62,372 bases of DNA from an uncultured virus (IMG/VR IMGVR_UViG_3300032212_000001) (lineage: Duplodnaviria > Heunggongvirae > Uroviricota > Caudoviricetes), in the IMG/VR virus record IMGVR_UViG_3300032212_000001; one strand, written 5' to 3'. Positions 38,160 through 47,700 of the stretch are shown here, one piece after another. The stretch's first letter is position 1. Each line of letters begins with the position of its first letter. The translations under genes were made by a program, and so were the position numbers. Under the pieces are notes generated by a model. That model was not told the origin of the DNA and did not search any database. It saw only the letters and a list, made by a program, of their open reading frames with translations.

Positions 38160-38672
38160 ATGAGGCCAAAGCGCGGTCAGATTTTTCTATGGAGCGGGAA
38201 CAATCCCTTGTCATGGGGCATACAGCGCTTCACAAAATCGCCATGGTCTCATTGCGGCTGGTTTCTAAGCGAAGACAAGATACTCGATAGCGACTGGGGT
38301 TTGTCAAAGAAGACATGGGGCGTTCAGATTAGGGACGCCAAGCCTTACTTGAAACACCTGGGGAATAACGACCGATTAAGGATCGCGGATCTCCCTATGA
38401 GCCCGGAAGATATCGAGGAAGCTCTTCAGAAGGCAATTAGTTATGTCGGTAAGGCCGGTTATGATTACAAGCTTATCTTTTCGCTTGCGATGCATATCAT
38501 TCGAGGTCGCCGTTGCCATGACGATGTGAGAGATTGGAAAGACGCTTTCGTTTGCTCTGAAATCATTGCAAAGCCGTGTTTTGAAGCGTCTGGTTTTCGA
38601 TTCATAGATAGTTGCTACGACATTGACTCGACGACTCCTCATGACGTTTTTGAGAAGTCTGTATTGCTTTAG
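38160..38672 (+). CDS. Permuted papain-like NlpC/P60 (YiiX/YebB-like) peptidase/amidase
   Basis: SPWSHCG (His) precedes GYDY and FVCSEII (Cys), the permuted order. Confidence 0.85.
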   Translation: MRPKRGQIFLWSGNNPLSWGIQRFTKSPWSHCGWFLSEDKILDSDWGLSKKTWGVQIRDAKPYLKHLGNNDRLRIADLPMSPEDIEEALQKAISYVGKAGYDYKLIFSLAMHIIRGRRCHDDVRDWKDAFVCSEIIAKPCFEASGFRFIDSCYDIDSTTPHDVFEKSVLL

Positions 38673-38697
38673 AAAACGCTTTCCAACGGAGTGACTG

Positions 38698-38889
38698 GTG
38701 CAACACATTCTTCATAACAGACGCTTCCTTGCCCCTCCTGCGCTCTACGAGCCCAAGCCTCAACATGCTGTGGATCTAAAGCCTGTGCCTAAGCTTGTCC
38801 TTCCAAAGCTTTCGGTGAACGATCCCATCCCAGCGTTGATAAGCGTTGCTCTCATTGGAGGTCTTCTCTGGTGGTGGTCGAAACAATGA
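38698..38889 (+). CDS. Small C-terminally anchored membrane protein
   Basis: GGAG RBS with GTG start; IPALISVALIGGLLWWWSKQ. Confidence 0.6.
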   Translation: MQHILHNRRFLAPPALYEPKPQHAVDLKPVPKLVLPKLSVNDPIPALISVALIGGLLWWWSKQ

Positions 38890-39167
38890 CTCCAAGTGAT
38901 GTCAAAGAAACTCGGGAGAGTCTTGATATGACCCAGCGCGAGATGGCGTCCATTATGGGCGTATCGTGCGCCCTGGTCGCCCGATGGGAGACAGGGAGCC
39001 TAGTTGTCTCTAAATCCCACGAGCGCCTTGTTGAGTGCCTCAGAGAGTCCCCTGGCGAAAGAAAAGAGTCGGACGCTTGGAGAAAACTCATTTCTGATGG
39101 AAGATCTAAAGACGCTTTTCTCTTCTTGTGCCTCGGACGTTCTCCGAAAACTCTAGAGAAAATATGA
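38886..39167 (+). CDS. XRE-family HTH protein
   Basis: RESLDMTQREMASIMGVSCALVARWETG. Confidence 0.85.
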   Translation: MTPSDVKETRESLDMTQREMASIMGVSCALVARWETGSLVVSKSHERLVECLRESPGERKESDAWRKLISDGRSKDAFLFLCLGRSPKTLEKI

Positions 39168-39173
39168 GAAACA

Positions 39174-39539
39174 ATGGATTACCACTACTACGCCAACGAA
39201 GATTCAAAGCAAGCTCCCATTCCCATTCCTGTCGCTCTTCCCGTAGCCGACGTTGACGAGCTAAAGATAGAGCTTGCCAACAAATATCACATGAATCGTG
39301 CGATGATATTCTTCGCAGCATTGCTTGTCGCCTTCTGGCCCTACGAATACTCAAAGATTTGGCTCGTTGCGTTTCTCATGATTAACAATCTTGCTTGTTA
39401 CTGCATCGAAAGATATGTAAGCGATTGGGAGCAGAAAAAGTTAAAACTGTGGCGAGCTGATATGATTGCTCGCGCTATAATGGAGCACAAAAACCACGGA
39501 GACTGTCATGAGCCCCAAGACTCTCAGCCCAAGTCTTGA
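39174..39539 (+). CDS. Membrane protein (2 TM)
   Basis: AMIFFAALLVAFW and IWLVAFLMINNLACYCI. Confidence 0.7.
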   Translation: MDYHYYANEDSKQAPIPIPVALPVADVDELKIELANKYHMNRAMIFFAALLVAFWPYEYSKIWLVAFLMINNLACYCIERYVSDWEQKKLKLWRADMIARAIMEHKNHGDCHEPQDSQPKS

Positions 39540-39927
39540 GCGTTCGCTTAGAGCGGGCGTTTATTCACTCGGAACTGCCTTCCTTCTGCAAACAGCCTAC
39601 AAGCGCTTTAATTTCAACCCGCCCAAAGCCCTCTTCTGGTTTGCTACCGGATTGGTCGCAAACCAATTCCTTGAATGGCGACATGAGATGCAAGGGACCA
39701 TGATCCAGGGAGGGCTTGCCGACAAAGCTGGTAAAAGACCTGGAGATTTTGATCCCGTCGCGCTCGATATGGGAATCAGGTTCGAGATGGAACACACCGA
39801 CGACCCCCGCATCGCTCGGGAGATCGCCATGGACCATCTGACCGAACACCCTACTTACTATGACGCTCTCTGTGAGATGGAGCGTCGTCTAAAGAGCATG
39901 TGCACGGAACGCCATCATTACAATTGA
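39508..39927 (+). CDS. DUF5661-family protein with a hydrophobic N-terminal hairpin
   Basis: MGIRFEMEHTDDPRIAREIAMDHLTEHPTYY. Confidence 0.75.
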   Translation: MSPKTLSPSLERSLRAGVYSLGTAFLLQTAYKRFNFNPPKALFWFATGLVANQFLEWRHEMQGTMIQGGLADKAGKRPGDFDPVALDMGIRFEMEHTDDPRIAREIAMDHLTEHPTYYDALCEMERRLKSMCTERHHYN

Positions 39928-39992
39928 TGCTTTTCTCGTCTTGACTCCATCGTGACCACTTTGCTAACGTGGTAAGCGACAAGGAGAACAAA

Positions 39993-40610
39993 ATGAATGA
40001 AAAATGCGTCTGCAAAATATGCGACCCACTGAATAATCCAGCCATCGACGCTTGCGACATCGGTATTGTTGAGAGTGTTAAATCGAATGGTTGGATGATG
40101 ATGAACATCCTCCCCAGAGCTGAAGAACCTGAAGACGATGACATGATACCGTGGTCTTTCACTGTCGGTATCTGGCACACATGGAAACAGCCCGACATCA
40201 TTGTATTTGGCGGTGTTGAAACGGCAAAGAATCTAGCTCAAGCTTACGTTCAAGAGATTTTACTTGGGCGCAAGTGGGAAGCCGGATACCAGAGGGAGGG
40301 ATTGATACAGCCGCCATACGGTGCCCATCTAATCCATTTGGGCGGTCTCAACATGCATATGGACGAAGCGTTTATTCAGTTCAAGATCGGAATGATCGAT
40401 GAGGAGATCGTAAAGGGCAAATTCAAGTATTATGAAGACTACATGGGGACCGCGAACGGCTTCTATCGAGATCCATATCCAGTCTTTCAGCTTGTTTGGC
40501 CTGACGACGAAAAGCGTTTTCCCTGGGACGATGGCTTTGACTGCCCATGGGAACAGCCTGTCTTGTGTAACGAGCCCGTTATCTCAGATAAATCACGAAC
40601 CAAAGAATGA
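39993..40610 (+). CDS. DUF4262-family protein
   Basis: WSFTVGIW..QPDIIVFG..VFQLVWPDDEKRFPWD..EQPVL. Confidence 0.85.
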   Translation: MNEKCVCKICDPLNNPAIDACDIGIVESVKSNGWMMMNILPRAEEPEDDDMIPWSFTVGIWHTWKQPDIIVFGGVETAKNLAQAYVQEILLGRKWEAGYQREGLIQPPYGAHLIHLGGLNMHMDEAFIQFKIGMIDEEIVKGKFKYYEDYMGTANGFYRDPYPVFQLVWPDDEKRFPWDDGFDCPWEQPVLCNEPVISDKSRTKE

Positions 40611-41194
40611 AGAGCCTGAGAATGGTCTTGCCAAAAAACAAGAGGGGCTCTCTTCTTGGCGGATACAAGGTGTTCAACCTGCGCTTTAATTGCACCAGGG
40701 AGTATCTTGGATTCGCCGCGTTTTACCGAGAACAACACGGATTTGGTGATATGACTATCGCTGAAATAGAAGCGGCTGAGAGCGCTTTTAGCAAATCCCT
40801 CGTCAACATACTAACCAACACCTATGACGGTGAAGTCTCCGAAGGCATGTATTCCATGACTCTCACAAGAGAGTCTCTCTTCCGCTTCGGAAAGATACAC
40901 GAAATCGTCAATCACCACCCCAAAAAGCTCGCCGTTATGAGATCAGAAGGCATTATTCGCGCTTCTTTCAGCGCTCGCGGCCTTCAAAAAGACTCCATAT
41001 TTTCTCTCTGTAAAGCCATGAGGCCCAGGGGGGAGCGGCTCATATACAAAGAGCCTGTCGTTAAGGAAGTCAATAAGAGCGTGACCGATCTAATAAGGTC
41101 TTTGATGCCTTTTGACGTTCACATGAACAGGAGTTTTTTGTTCCATATGATTCGACTTAAACTCTATGAGATGGAGAAATCAAATGAGCTTTGA
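40607..41194 (+). CDS. Hypothetical protein
   Basis: 195-aa ORF with ATGA overlap. Confidence 0.7.
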   Translation: MKSLRMVLPKNKRGSLLGGYKVFNLRFNCTREYLGFAAFYREQHGFGDMTIAEIEAAESAFSKSLVNILTNTYDGEVSEGMYSMTLTRESLFRFGKIHEIVNHHPKKLAVMRSEGIIRASFSARGLQKDSIFSLCKAMRPRGERLIYKEPVVKEVNKSVTDLIRSLMPFDVHMNRSFLFHMIRLKLYEMEKSNEL

Positions 41195-41564
41195 AACGCT
41201 CTCTGAATTGTTTAAGAAGCTGAAAGAGGAGTCTCTCAATTACCTCCCCGAAGGCTTCATTGAAGTTCACGAGAACCTGGAGAGCGCCGAAATCACACTT
41301 TCGATAGGCGATTCAAGCTACACATTCAACAAAGACCTTGAGTGCTCCGACACAGGGACTATGCTTGGAATGTTCAAGAAGTGGTCGGTCATAAGACTGG
41401 AAGATCAAGAACCCCTCGACTTAAGCGAGGAAGAGCAGGAAGAATTTATCACAAGGGCCGACACGAATGTCGATCCTTTCCAAGAAAAGCAATGGTGGCA
41501 AAAGGGTGAGCCAAGCCCAGATTGGAAAAGAGAAGATGAGCATGATGATGAAGAATTTGTCTAA
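41184..41564 (+). CDS. Hypothetical acidic protein
   Basis: GGAG RBS; ORF in operon. Confidence 0.7.
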   Translation: MSFETLSELFKKLKEESLNYLPEGFIEVHENLESAEITLSIGDSSYTFNKDLECSDTGTMLGMFKKWSVIRLEDQEPLDLSEEEQEEFITRADTNVDPFQEKQWWQKGEPSPDWKREDEHDDEEFV

Positions 41565-41982
41565 CACGAACCAAATGAATCCGAATCAACTCCAAAGGAG
41601 GAATGAGCGCACCGACCTTCCTCGTCAAAAAACGATTGAAAGGCGAAATGACTCAAGAGAGAGGAATCCTGCGGTCACGGTAGTCAATGTTGGCGACGGC
41701 GACAAAGAGTTTGTTGTTCACTCAACACACTACAACAAGGGCTCGATTGAGGTCATAGACTTTATCAACGACCAATGTGACCAAGGGCTTTGTTGGAATC
41801 TTGGAACAGCTATCAAGCACTTGTCCAGAAGTCCTCACAAGGGCCAGGAGGCTATGGATCTAGAAAAGGCCCTCTTCTATATCCAGCACAAGCACTCAAG
41901 GGTCACTAGCCCCAAAGAGACTATCGCGATACTCGAAAAGTTGGTCTCTGGTCTCAAAAATAAACATTCTTTGAACCATTAA
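41536..41982 (+). CDS. DUF3310 / T7 gp1.7-like nucleotide-kinase family protein
   Basis: HSTHYNKGSIEVIDFI..GTAIKHLSR..KG..DLEKALFYI. Confidence 0.8.
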   Translation: MSMMMKNLSNTNQMNPNQLQRRNERTDLPRQKTIERRNDSRERNPAVTVVNVGDGDKEFVVHSTHYNKGSIEVIDFINDQCDQGLCWNLGTAIKHLSRSPHKGQEAMDLEKALFYIQHKHSRVTSPKETIAILEKLVSGLKNKHSLNH

Positions 41983-42009
41983 CACACATAAATAAAAAGA
42001 CTTAAGATT

Positions 42010-42039
42010 AAAGCGGGAATTATTCCCGCTTTCTTTTTT
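42010..42039 (+). terminator. Rho-independent terminator
   Basis: AAAGCGGGAA-TTA-TTCCCGCTTT-CTTTTTT. Confidence 0.85.
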
Positions 42040-42092
42040 GGCACAGCGACTATACTTTTGGTATAAAAATCTCACGGAGATTAGGATTATCA

Positions 42093-42761
42093 ATGGCAAG
42101 CAAAAACAGATATCAAGATCCGCACTGGATTTACCACCCTCGAAGTGGGTCAAGGATCATTGCTCAAAGATTTCACGAGGCAATATGCGTCGTTCGATAT
42201 GGGAATGGAAGCCAGCACGTTGTCGGAGGCGTAAAGCTCTCTTATCGGTCAGCGGAGGCGAAGCGCCTATGGAGAGATAACGCCCGAAGACTGTCAGAGC
42301 AACTTGTCAACGCTTACGGCGGTATTTCCTGGGATAATCAAGGGGAGATTTCCATTGTCGTCCCGTTCGAGTCTGCGATCTATGTTTCCAGGCTCTTTGA
42401 AGCCGTAAGCGGCGGTCTTATATCAAATAACGACCGTGTTCCAGTCATGAAGCCTATTGTTGATGGCGGCATGATTGGTAGGAACGCTTTGTCCCTTTTC
42501 TCCCTCGATATGATCGGTCTCGCTCAAAGAGAAGATCATTTGCTCATGTTCTATGAAAAGAATCGCTGTGAATCCCTCCCGCTTGTTGTCAAGAGAAAGC
42601 TAGGGCATGGCAAAGACCTAATCAGCTTCATTGAGTGGTCTAACAAGCCCGTTGCTATCAGCTCCCAGATTATCCCGGCGAATTGGTCCATGATAGTCGC
42701 AAGCGGTCTAGCGAGGATCTCTGAGACTGAGCGTGGAGAGGAAAACGTTTTCCATGGCTAA
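42093..42761 (+). CDS. Hypothetical protein
   Basis: 222-aa ORF after an AT-rich intergenic region. Confidence 0.7.
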   Translation: MASKNRYQDPHWIYHPRSGSRIIAQRFHEAICVVRYGNGSQHVVGGVKLSYRSAEAKRLWRDNARRLSEQLVNAYGGISWDNQGEISIVVPFESAIYVSRLFEAVSGGLISNNDRVPVMKPIVDGGMIGRNALSLFSLDMIGLAQREDHLLMFYEKNRCESLPLVVKRKLGHGKDLISFIEWSNKPVAISSQIIPANWSMIVASGLARISETERGEENVFHG

Positions 42762-43290
42762 GTCTAAAAAGAAGAAGTTCACTGATAACGCGGATAAGTC
42801 GTGTAAAGAGACAGTTTACATAACGCCGGTTAAGTATTTGAAGCCCGTGCGTATTTACTTCGGCGGATCTATTCCGTTCGATGTGGCAACAGAACCAAGT
42901 AATCCCTCAAAGGCCCTCGGTTTTTGGACCAAGAAGCACAACTCTCTAAAACGCTCATGGCCGGACGAAGGCTTTGTCAACCCTCCTTATGGAAGAGTCA
43001 TGAGGAAGTGGACTCGGAAGATAAGAGAGTCTAGCGAGCAGGGCAAGACATACATCGCTCTCCTGCCGTGCGGGGCTCGCTTCAGTACCAAGTATTGGCA
43101 AGCCGATATTCTTCAGCCTTGCCTCAATTCAATATGCTTAGTCAATAAAAGGATTCCATTCGAGAGACCTGACGGAACAGTGGCCGATTCAAATCCATAT
43201 GATTCTGCCTTCTACGGGTTCAATGTGGACCCCGATTTCTTCGCCGAGTGCTTTGAGCGCTATGGCAAAACAACAACAGTTAGCTTTTAA
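42754..43290 (+). CDS. Phage DNA N6-adenine methyltransferase (Dam-like)
   Basis: FDVATEPSN, FVNPPYGR, IALLP. Confidence 0.85.
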   Translation: MAKSKKKKFTDNADKSCKETVYITPVKYLKPVRIYFGGSIPFDVATEPSNPSKALGFWTKKHNSLKRSWPDEGFVNPPYGRVMRKWTRKIRESSEQGKTYIALLPCGARFSTKYWQADILQPCLNSICLVNKRIPFERPDGTVADSNPYDSAFYGFNVDPDFFAECFERYGKTTTVSF

Positions 43291-43301
43291 GGAGCCGACA
43301 A

Positions 43302-43994
43302 ATGCCTTACTCCCTCCATAAAGTTCTAGATTCAACAAAGAATGAGATGGCTCTATGTCTCATGAAAGTCTTGTCACAGAGCGGTTACGCTTTGGATTCA
43401 GAAACAAGAACTGAGTGCGAATGTGCCCTCATTCAATATCTTGTCGAGCGAAATAAAGCCTTCGCCGCTGGCATGATGTCCGGCTTTTCAGCAAGAAGCG
43501 CTCAAGCCGAAGGTCGTATGCATCGAATGAACCAGCGGCACCAGGAAGAATCTAATCCTTCCGAAAGTCTACTTGACGAAGCTCGTGATATCTACGAGAC
43601 CCTCAACAAGAAAAGGGACGATGTTGTCAAAGGTCTTACTCCCAAAGAGAAAGACCTCGCCGAGAAGATCGCGCCAGGGTCCACCGTCGTAATCGGTATC
43701 AATGACCTGACACAAGCTCAATACATAGCTATTGATACTCTAATCGAATCAAAGGGGGGCTCTGACAAAGAATGGAGTCGAGACAAGCTTCAGCCGGAAC
43801 GTTTCTTCGTGCATTACATTGAAGACAAGGCTTGCGCCGACCCTCAATGGGGCTGTGGCGAAGAAGATCACAAGCCGAAATGCGCGTTCATGATTGACTT
43901 GGGCCAAAGGAATGTCGCATGGGTCGGCGAAGAGTGCGCCAAGACGACTGTGCCCTGGCAAGACATCGAGAAGATCGTTTTCCCTGCCCAGTAG
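43302..43994 (+). CDS. Hypothetical protein
   Basis: AAGGAG RBS; 230 aa; Cys/His cluster near the C-terminus. Confidence 0.75.
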   Translation: MPYSLHKVLDSTKNEMALCLMKVLSQSGYALDSETRTECECALIQYLVERNKAFAAGMMSGFSARSAQAEGRMHRMNQRHQEESNPSESLLDEARDIYETLNKKRDDVVKGLTPKEKDLAEKIAPGSTVVIGINDLTQAQYIAIDTLIESKGGSDKEWSRDKLQPERFFVHYIEDKACADPQWGCGEEDHKPKCAFMIDLGQRNVAWVGEECAKTTVPWQDIEKIVFPAQ

Positions 43995-44026
43995 AACTTC
44001 ACTCTCATGACAAGGAGAGAGATCTG

Positions 44027-44476
44027 ATGCCGATTTACAATTTAATCAACCCCAGTGACGCATACACATTCATAGCTCCAAGCGATGAAGCCGCCGCTGT
44101 ATCAGTCCTATTCCTGAGTCATGGGGCCTATGGGGCGGAAAGCACTGAAAGCGACTTTGCCAGCCCCATCTTTTCATTCTCTGGAGAAGAATACGCGGAA
44201 CAGTGGTTCAAAGAAAACTTTGGACACGGATTGTCCGAGTCTCTTGATAAGCACCTTGAAATTATGCCAGAGGTGCTTGAATCCTTTCTCATAGCAAGCA
44301 AGGCCGAACGGGAAACCATTGACCTTGCTTGCTCAATGGTTAGCAACGAGCAAGCAAGGGAGCTAAGGCTCAAATTCCATGACAATAAAAGAAGCTCAAC
44401 AAACAACATCGGCAAAGTAGCTTGGAATAAAGCAGAAAGACTGAGGTGGAGCAATGCCAACAAAAAGGGCGGGTAA
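44027..44476 (+). CDS. Hypothetical phage protein
   Basis: AAGGAG RBS; MPIYNLINPSDAYTF..RSSTNNIG. Confidence 0.75.
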   Translation: MPIYNLINPSDAYTFIAPSDEAAAVSVLFLSHGAYGAESTESDFASPIFSFSGEEYAEQWFKENFGHGLSESLDKHLEIMPEVLESFLIASKAERETIDLACSMVSNEQARELRLKFHDNKRSSTNNIGKVAWNKAERLRWSNANKKGG

Positions 44477-44999
44477 AAAAGCTTACATAGGACTGTGCGA
44501 CGGCTGCTCAAAAGTCTGCGCTGTTACTTCAATACTCCCTGATCTAAAAAAGGACAACGCAAACTTTGTGAGATCAATGGTCAGGCAGGGTCTTGAGGTG
44601 AATATCGTAACCCTGGAAGAGACTCGCGACATTGAATGGTGTGATTGTCGAAAAAAGGCGAAAGCCCAGGGCACTCTCTTTGAAGGTGTTGAGGTGAAGA
44701 AACCCGAAGAAATGCATATCTTCGTTTTCGTTCAGACGTGGGAGGTCGGCGTCCTGGCCCGTAATCACGAGGAGGCTGAGAAAGCTTTGTCTGAAGGTTT
44801 TCTTTTTACAGAGGACCGCGATTGCATGGGGCGTCACGAGAAGAACTTTAGTGACGACTACTGTGTTTTCAAACTGAATGAGAAGCCAGAGGTTGAAGGT
44901 CTCTACACGACCGATGGGGAATATCACGAGGGAGATAAAGAAATCAATGCCCTCTTGGAAGGAGCCATCAATGGCGACGGTTTATCACAAATTAAGTAG
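44454..44999 (+). CDS. Hypothetical protein
   Basis: ORF in operon; CxxC and CxC motifs. Confidence 0.7.
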   Translation: MPTKRAGKKAYIGLCDGCSKVCAVTSILPDLKKDNANFVRSMVRQGLEVNIVTLEETRDIEWCDCRKKAKAQGTLFEGVEVKKPEEMHIFVFVQTWEVGVLARNHEEAEKALSEGFLFTEDRDCMGRHEKNFSDDYCVFKLNEKPEVEGLYTTDGEYHEGDKEINALLEGAINGDGLSQIK

Positions 45000-45231
45000 T
45001 AGTGGATTGATAGCCAGTGGTAATAGTCAAGTTTCCCTTGAGAACATAAGAGAGATGCTTGATATCAAGGTCACCGCACGGAGCGATCTTATTAGTTGCC
45101 ACGAGTTCTTTGAGATTATTGAAAAGCTAACCAAAATCGCTGTCAGCGAGAACCTTCACCTTAAAAGACGACTCGCCCAGGAGGCGCAACTAAGAAGAGA
45201 TCTTGAGGAAAAGCTCCGATCTCGTCATTAA
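44971..45231 (+). CDS. Hypothetical coiled-coil protein
   Basis: AAGGAG RBS. Confidence 0.65.
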   Translation: MATVYHKLSSSGLIASGNSQVSLENIREMLDIKVTARSDLISCHEFFEIIEKLTKIAVSENLHLKRRLAQEAQLRRDLEEKLRSRH

Positions 45232-45268
45232 TAAATCCTTGAACACTCAACAACCTGGAGACAAAAGA

Positions 45269-45661
45269 ATGGTTGATTTCAAAATAGACCTGGAAGACCT
45301 TGGGATAAAGGAAGTCCTGGCTGAAAAAATACTCGCTCAGTTAAGCGATGAGAGCAGAGAAGATATCGTCGCTAAAGCGGTCGAGTTCATTATCAAACCG
45401 GACAAGAAAAGCTATCGGTATGGCAATGGATCACCCATTGAGGACTCATTCTTTCGCGCCGTCGAGGAAGTCTTGAAGGAAATCGTTCAAGACAAAGTAT
45501 CCAAGGACGAAACCATCAGGGAGAAGCTGGAGGAGCTTGTCACAGAAGGATTTGCCAAAGCTTTAGACGGCGATCCAGACACAGAAAACTCTCGGGAAAA
45601 TCTCGTTGAGAAAATCGGAAAGTGTCTCTTTCAGAATCTCTTCAAGACTAATAATTACTAA
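45269..45661 (+). CDS. Hypothetical helical protein
   Basis: GGAG RBS. Confidence 0.7.
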   Translation: MVDFKIDLEDLGIKEVLAEKILAQLSDESREDIVAKAVEFIIKPDKKSYRYGNGSPIEDSFFRAVEEVLKEIVQDKVSKDETIREKLEELVTEGFAKALDGDPDTENSRENLVEKIGKCLFQNLFKTNNY

Positions 45662-45697
45662 AACACCTGGATAGGCAAAGCCTGGAGGCTTTACATC

Positions 45698-45913
45698 GTG
45701 ACTGAAGAAACAATAAAGAGGGAATTTAGCGAGGAAGAAATATTAGAGGCTATTGTCCCCTTCCTCCCGCTCCACATTCTCGAAGGGTCTGAACACCTAC
45801 ACATCTTCAAGGGCGAATACGGCTGGGCTGCTTGTAAAGGACTCGAAAAGCTACTTGGTCCCTTATGGGCTAAAAAGGCTCAACTAACAATCAAGAGAAT
45901 GAAAAGTAGATAA
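45698..45913 (+). CDS. Hypothetical protein
   Basis: GGAGG RBS with GTG start. Confidence 0.65.
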   Translation: MTEETIKREFSEEEILEAIVPFLPLHILEGSEHLHIFKGEYGWAACKGLEKLLGPLWAKKAQLTIKRMKSR

Positions 45914-45916
45914 ACA

Positions 45917-46201
45917 ATGGTTAAGAAAGTGAATCTCAGAGAGGTCGCTATCCAAATGGCTGGCCGAGACAATGGTGTCAACTACAAACAGCTTGCCAAT
46001 GAGTGCGGGATAACAATGAGGAGAGCGCTAAACGTCATCTCCTCTCTCGTCCATGACGACCTATTACTTGTCTCGTCAAGGGTTAAGGGTTCATTCCGAC
46101 GACCAATGACTGTTTACAGGCTAAACAAAGACAAGCTTTTTAGAAACCACCTCGCCGACTCTCTTGAGTCGCTAGCCAAAGCGCTGAGATTACTCAGCTA
46201 G
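45917..46201 (+). CDS. Winged-helix DNA-binding protein
   Basis: VNYKQLANECGITMRRALNVISSLVHDDLL..RRPMTVYRL. Confidence 0.75.
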   Translation: MVKKVNLREVAIQMAGRDNGVNYKQLANECGITMRRALNVISSLVHDDLLLVSSRVKGSFRRPMTVYRLNKDKLFRNHLADSLESLAKALRLLS

Positions 46202-46217
46202 GAGGGGCGATTCCTTC

Positions 46218-47243
46218 ATGGGAAATAACTCAACAATCGAATGGACAACACACACATTCAATGCCTGGAGAGGATGCGAGAAAGTCTCCCCTGGCTGCGA
46301 ACATTGTTACGCCGAACAACTCTCCAAGAGGAATCCAAAGGCGCTCGGCGAGTGGGGCAAGGGAGCGAATCGAGTCATTGGAGTAGAATCCTATTGGAAG
46401 CAGCCTCTCCTATGGGACAGGAAAGCCCGCCAAGCTGGCGTCAAAGAAAACGTTTTCTGCGCTTCGTTGTCAGATGTATTCGAGGATAGACCTGACTTGG
46501 TTGAAAGCAGGGTCCGTCTTTTCAATCTTATTCAAAAGACGGAAAACCTGAACTGGCTCTTGTTGACCAAGCGGCCACAGAACATACCCTCAATGATAAA
46601 CGAGATTGCAGAGCGCGATCTCGTTTCAAAGACTGACAATGACTTCAATCGTGAGAACGGAGATGGGATAATGCTTGCTAGGCGTTGGAAGGACGGGTTC
46701 TTTCCTAAGAACGTCTGGCTTGGGACTTCCGTGGAAGACCAGAAGCGAGCCGAAGAGAGGATACCTCTACTTCTCAAGGTCAAAGCTAAAGTCCATTTCG
46801 TCTCATGCGAGCCCTTGCTTGGTCCCGTTGATATGAGGGCGTGGCTTAGATCAAAGATCATCCGCCCTGGTTGGGCTGATGGCAAGTCAATGATGAAGTC
46901 ACACATGACTCGGAAAATATCGTGGGTCATTATCGGCGGCGAATCCGGTGGCAAGGCTCGTCCTATGCACCCCGACTGGTTGACTTCTCTCATAGATCAA
47001 GCGAAAGACGCTGGTGCAGCCGTCTTCTTTAAGCAATGGGGCCAGTGGGTGCCCCGTGGCGGATATGGATCGGGCGTCGATTCTACACGCAATGACATTC
47101 CAATGAAGCGTATCACCAACACTGGTGATAACGGTCAGGTTCTCGGTTCAACTGGAGACAACCAAGTTTGGATGCAGCGAGTGAACAAGAAGACGGCTGG
47201 TCGAATGATCGAGAATAAGACTTACAGTAAATTCCCTGTTTAG
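46218..47243 (+). CDS. Gp37Gp68 / DUF5131 family radical-SAM-like protein
   Basis: IEWTTHTFN..GCEKVSPGCEHCYAE, LLTKRP, WLGTSVEDQ, SCEPLLG, WVIIGGESG, FFKQWG. Confidence 0.92.
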   Translation: MGNNSTIEWTTHTFNAWRGCEKVSPGCEHCYAEQLSKRNPKALGEWGKGANRVIGVESYWKQPLLWDRKARQAGVKENVFCASLSDVFEDRPDLVESRVRLFNLIQKTENLNWLLLTKRPQNIPSMINEIAERDLVSKTDNDFNRENGDGIMLARRWKDGFFPKNVWLGTSVEDQKRAEERIPLLLKVKAKVHFVSCEPLLGPVDMRAWLRSKIIRPGWADGKSMMKSHMTRKISWVIIGGESGGKARPMHPDWLTSLIDQAKDAGAAVFFKQWGQWVPRGGYGSGVDSTRNDIPMKRITNTGDNGQVLGSTGDNQVWMQRVNKKTAGRMIENKTYSKFPV

Positions 47244-47255
47244 AAAGGCGAAATC

Positions 47256-47621
47256 ATGGCTAAGGAAAAAGACGACGAACCCAAAATATTGACCCCTGGA
47301 CAAATAATCAAACGGTCTGCCTGTGACGTTCAAAAGGTATGTGGATTCTTGCATGATCAATTCTTGGATTGGCAAAAGAATCTCTACGCCGAAAAAATGG
47401 AAGATCTGAAGGGTAACTGGACGGTCAATATCAAAGAAGCCGACCCAGTAGTCATGAATCTTCTACGCCAAAAGAAATCGCTCAACAAGGGATTCAACAT
47501 GTTCATCGGCAATTTCACTGGTTGGAAAGACTGGAATCTGAGTATCAAATCAAGCAACGAAATCGAATTGATTATCAACGTTGCCCCCATATTGGCTAAA
47601 GAAAGGGGAGCTGATTCCTAA
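47256..47621 (+). CDS. Hypothetical protein
   Basis: 121-aa ORF in operon. Confidence 0.7.
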   Translation: MAKEKDDEPKILTPGQIIKRSACDVQKVCGFLHDQFLDWQKNLYAEKMEDLKGNWTVNIKEADPVVMNLLRQKKSLNKGFNMFIGNFTGWKDWNLSIKSSNEIELIINVAPILAKERGADS

Positions 47622-47700
47622 GACCGCTAACATTTAGCCAATATCCTCGGCACAACCGCCCTTTGAAAATCACAAACGAAGAACTAAAGGAAAATCAATC

